The translations under genes and the position numbers were made by a program. From positions 1,380,722 through 1,444,721 of the forward strand of contig MU004239.1 in assembly GCA_010405405.1 (NCBI GenBank): DNA of 64,000 nt, in the 5' to 3' direction. Of the stretch, positions 63,330-64,000 are shown piece after piece. The DNA comes from Microthyrium microscopicum. Its lineage: Eukaryota. The first letter of the stretch is position 1; every line of letters begins with the position of its first letter. The notes below the pieces were generated by a model. The model was not told the origin of the DNA and searched no databases. It was given only the letters and a program-made list of their open reading frames with translations.

Positions 63330-64000
63330 GGATTCTAATTAGGGGAGACCCTAGACTAGAAGAGTATACTATAGTATAAATTTATATAGTAGCTTGCTTA
63401 GTGGTTCTATATATTACTAAGGATAATATATCTTAATACTTAACTTTATATATTCTTAGTGTTATTTAAATCTTTAGATCTTACTCATTTTAACTAATCT
63501 CGTTATCTTGTCTCTTCTTATAATAAATTTAGGTAAGCACCTTACTAAATTTAAACGCTAGTAGGTATAGGATATAATATTATAAGAATACTCTTGCTAT
63601 AAGATTGCTAGAGCCCTTAAATATTCTTAAACTATTATATAATATTAGTATAGGAAGCTTAAAATAACTACTTTATTTAATACTATTAGTATAGTTTAAT
63701 AACGTTCCTTAATTAATTTATTAAAAACTATTACTTTAGTAGAATATCTTCTATCTAAACCTAATTCTACTTAATTTAAGATAGCTAATTACCTATTGGA
63801 CCTATTTAATATAGAGGTTAGCTAAGATTAGGTCTATTGTATGCTAAAGCGTATAAAATAGATTAAAAAGAGGGTAAGTCGTTACTATAGCTTTATTTAA
63901 TTAATTCTTATTATATTTACTCTAAAATAGTGCTATAACATAGCTATTTAATAGTCCTTATACCTTTATTAAGAATTCTATATCAAAATAAATAATTATT
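63330..64000. mobile_element. RIP-degraded AT-rich repeat (transposon relic), continues beyond the window
   Basis: Abrupt GC drop, TpA excess, near-absence of CpA/TpG, no ORF in the track. Family not identifiable. Confidence 0.8.

Overview
Fungal nuclear DNA from a filamentous ascomycete (Pezizomycotina-like): short GT-AG introns with CTRAY branch sites and a RIP-type AT-rich block at the right end. Bases 1-35 kb are gene-dense housekeeping sequence: a conserved unknown gene, RFC3, ARC18, TRM6, a DUF2293 protein, RPA49, promethin/LDAF1, an ALR1-like CorA transporter, SPC1, derlin, CenH3/CSE4, ALE1 and an SNT1-like protein. This block is interrupted at about 13-19 kb by an accessory-looking island with an Mx-like dynamin, a nested non-coding repeat array whose blocks have intron-like ends, and decayed spliced sequence. 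Bases 35-64 kb are sparser: a GH64 glucanase, a CaaX-terminated beta-propeller-like protein, a secreted hydrolase-like gene, and two divergent Myb genes whose 7 kb spacer holds two near-perfect palindromes and a TA-flanked MITE. The window ends in RIP-degraded repeat. All family calls come from motif recognition by eye; no searches were run.
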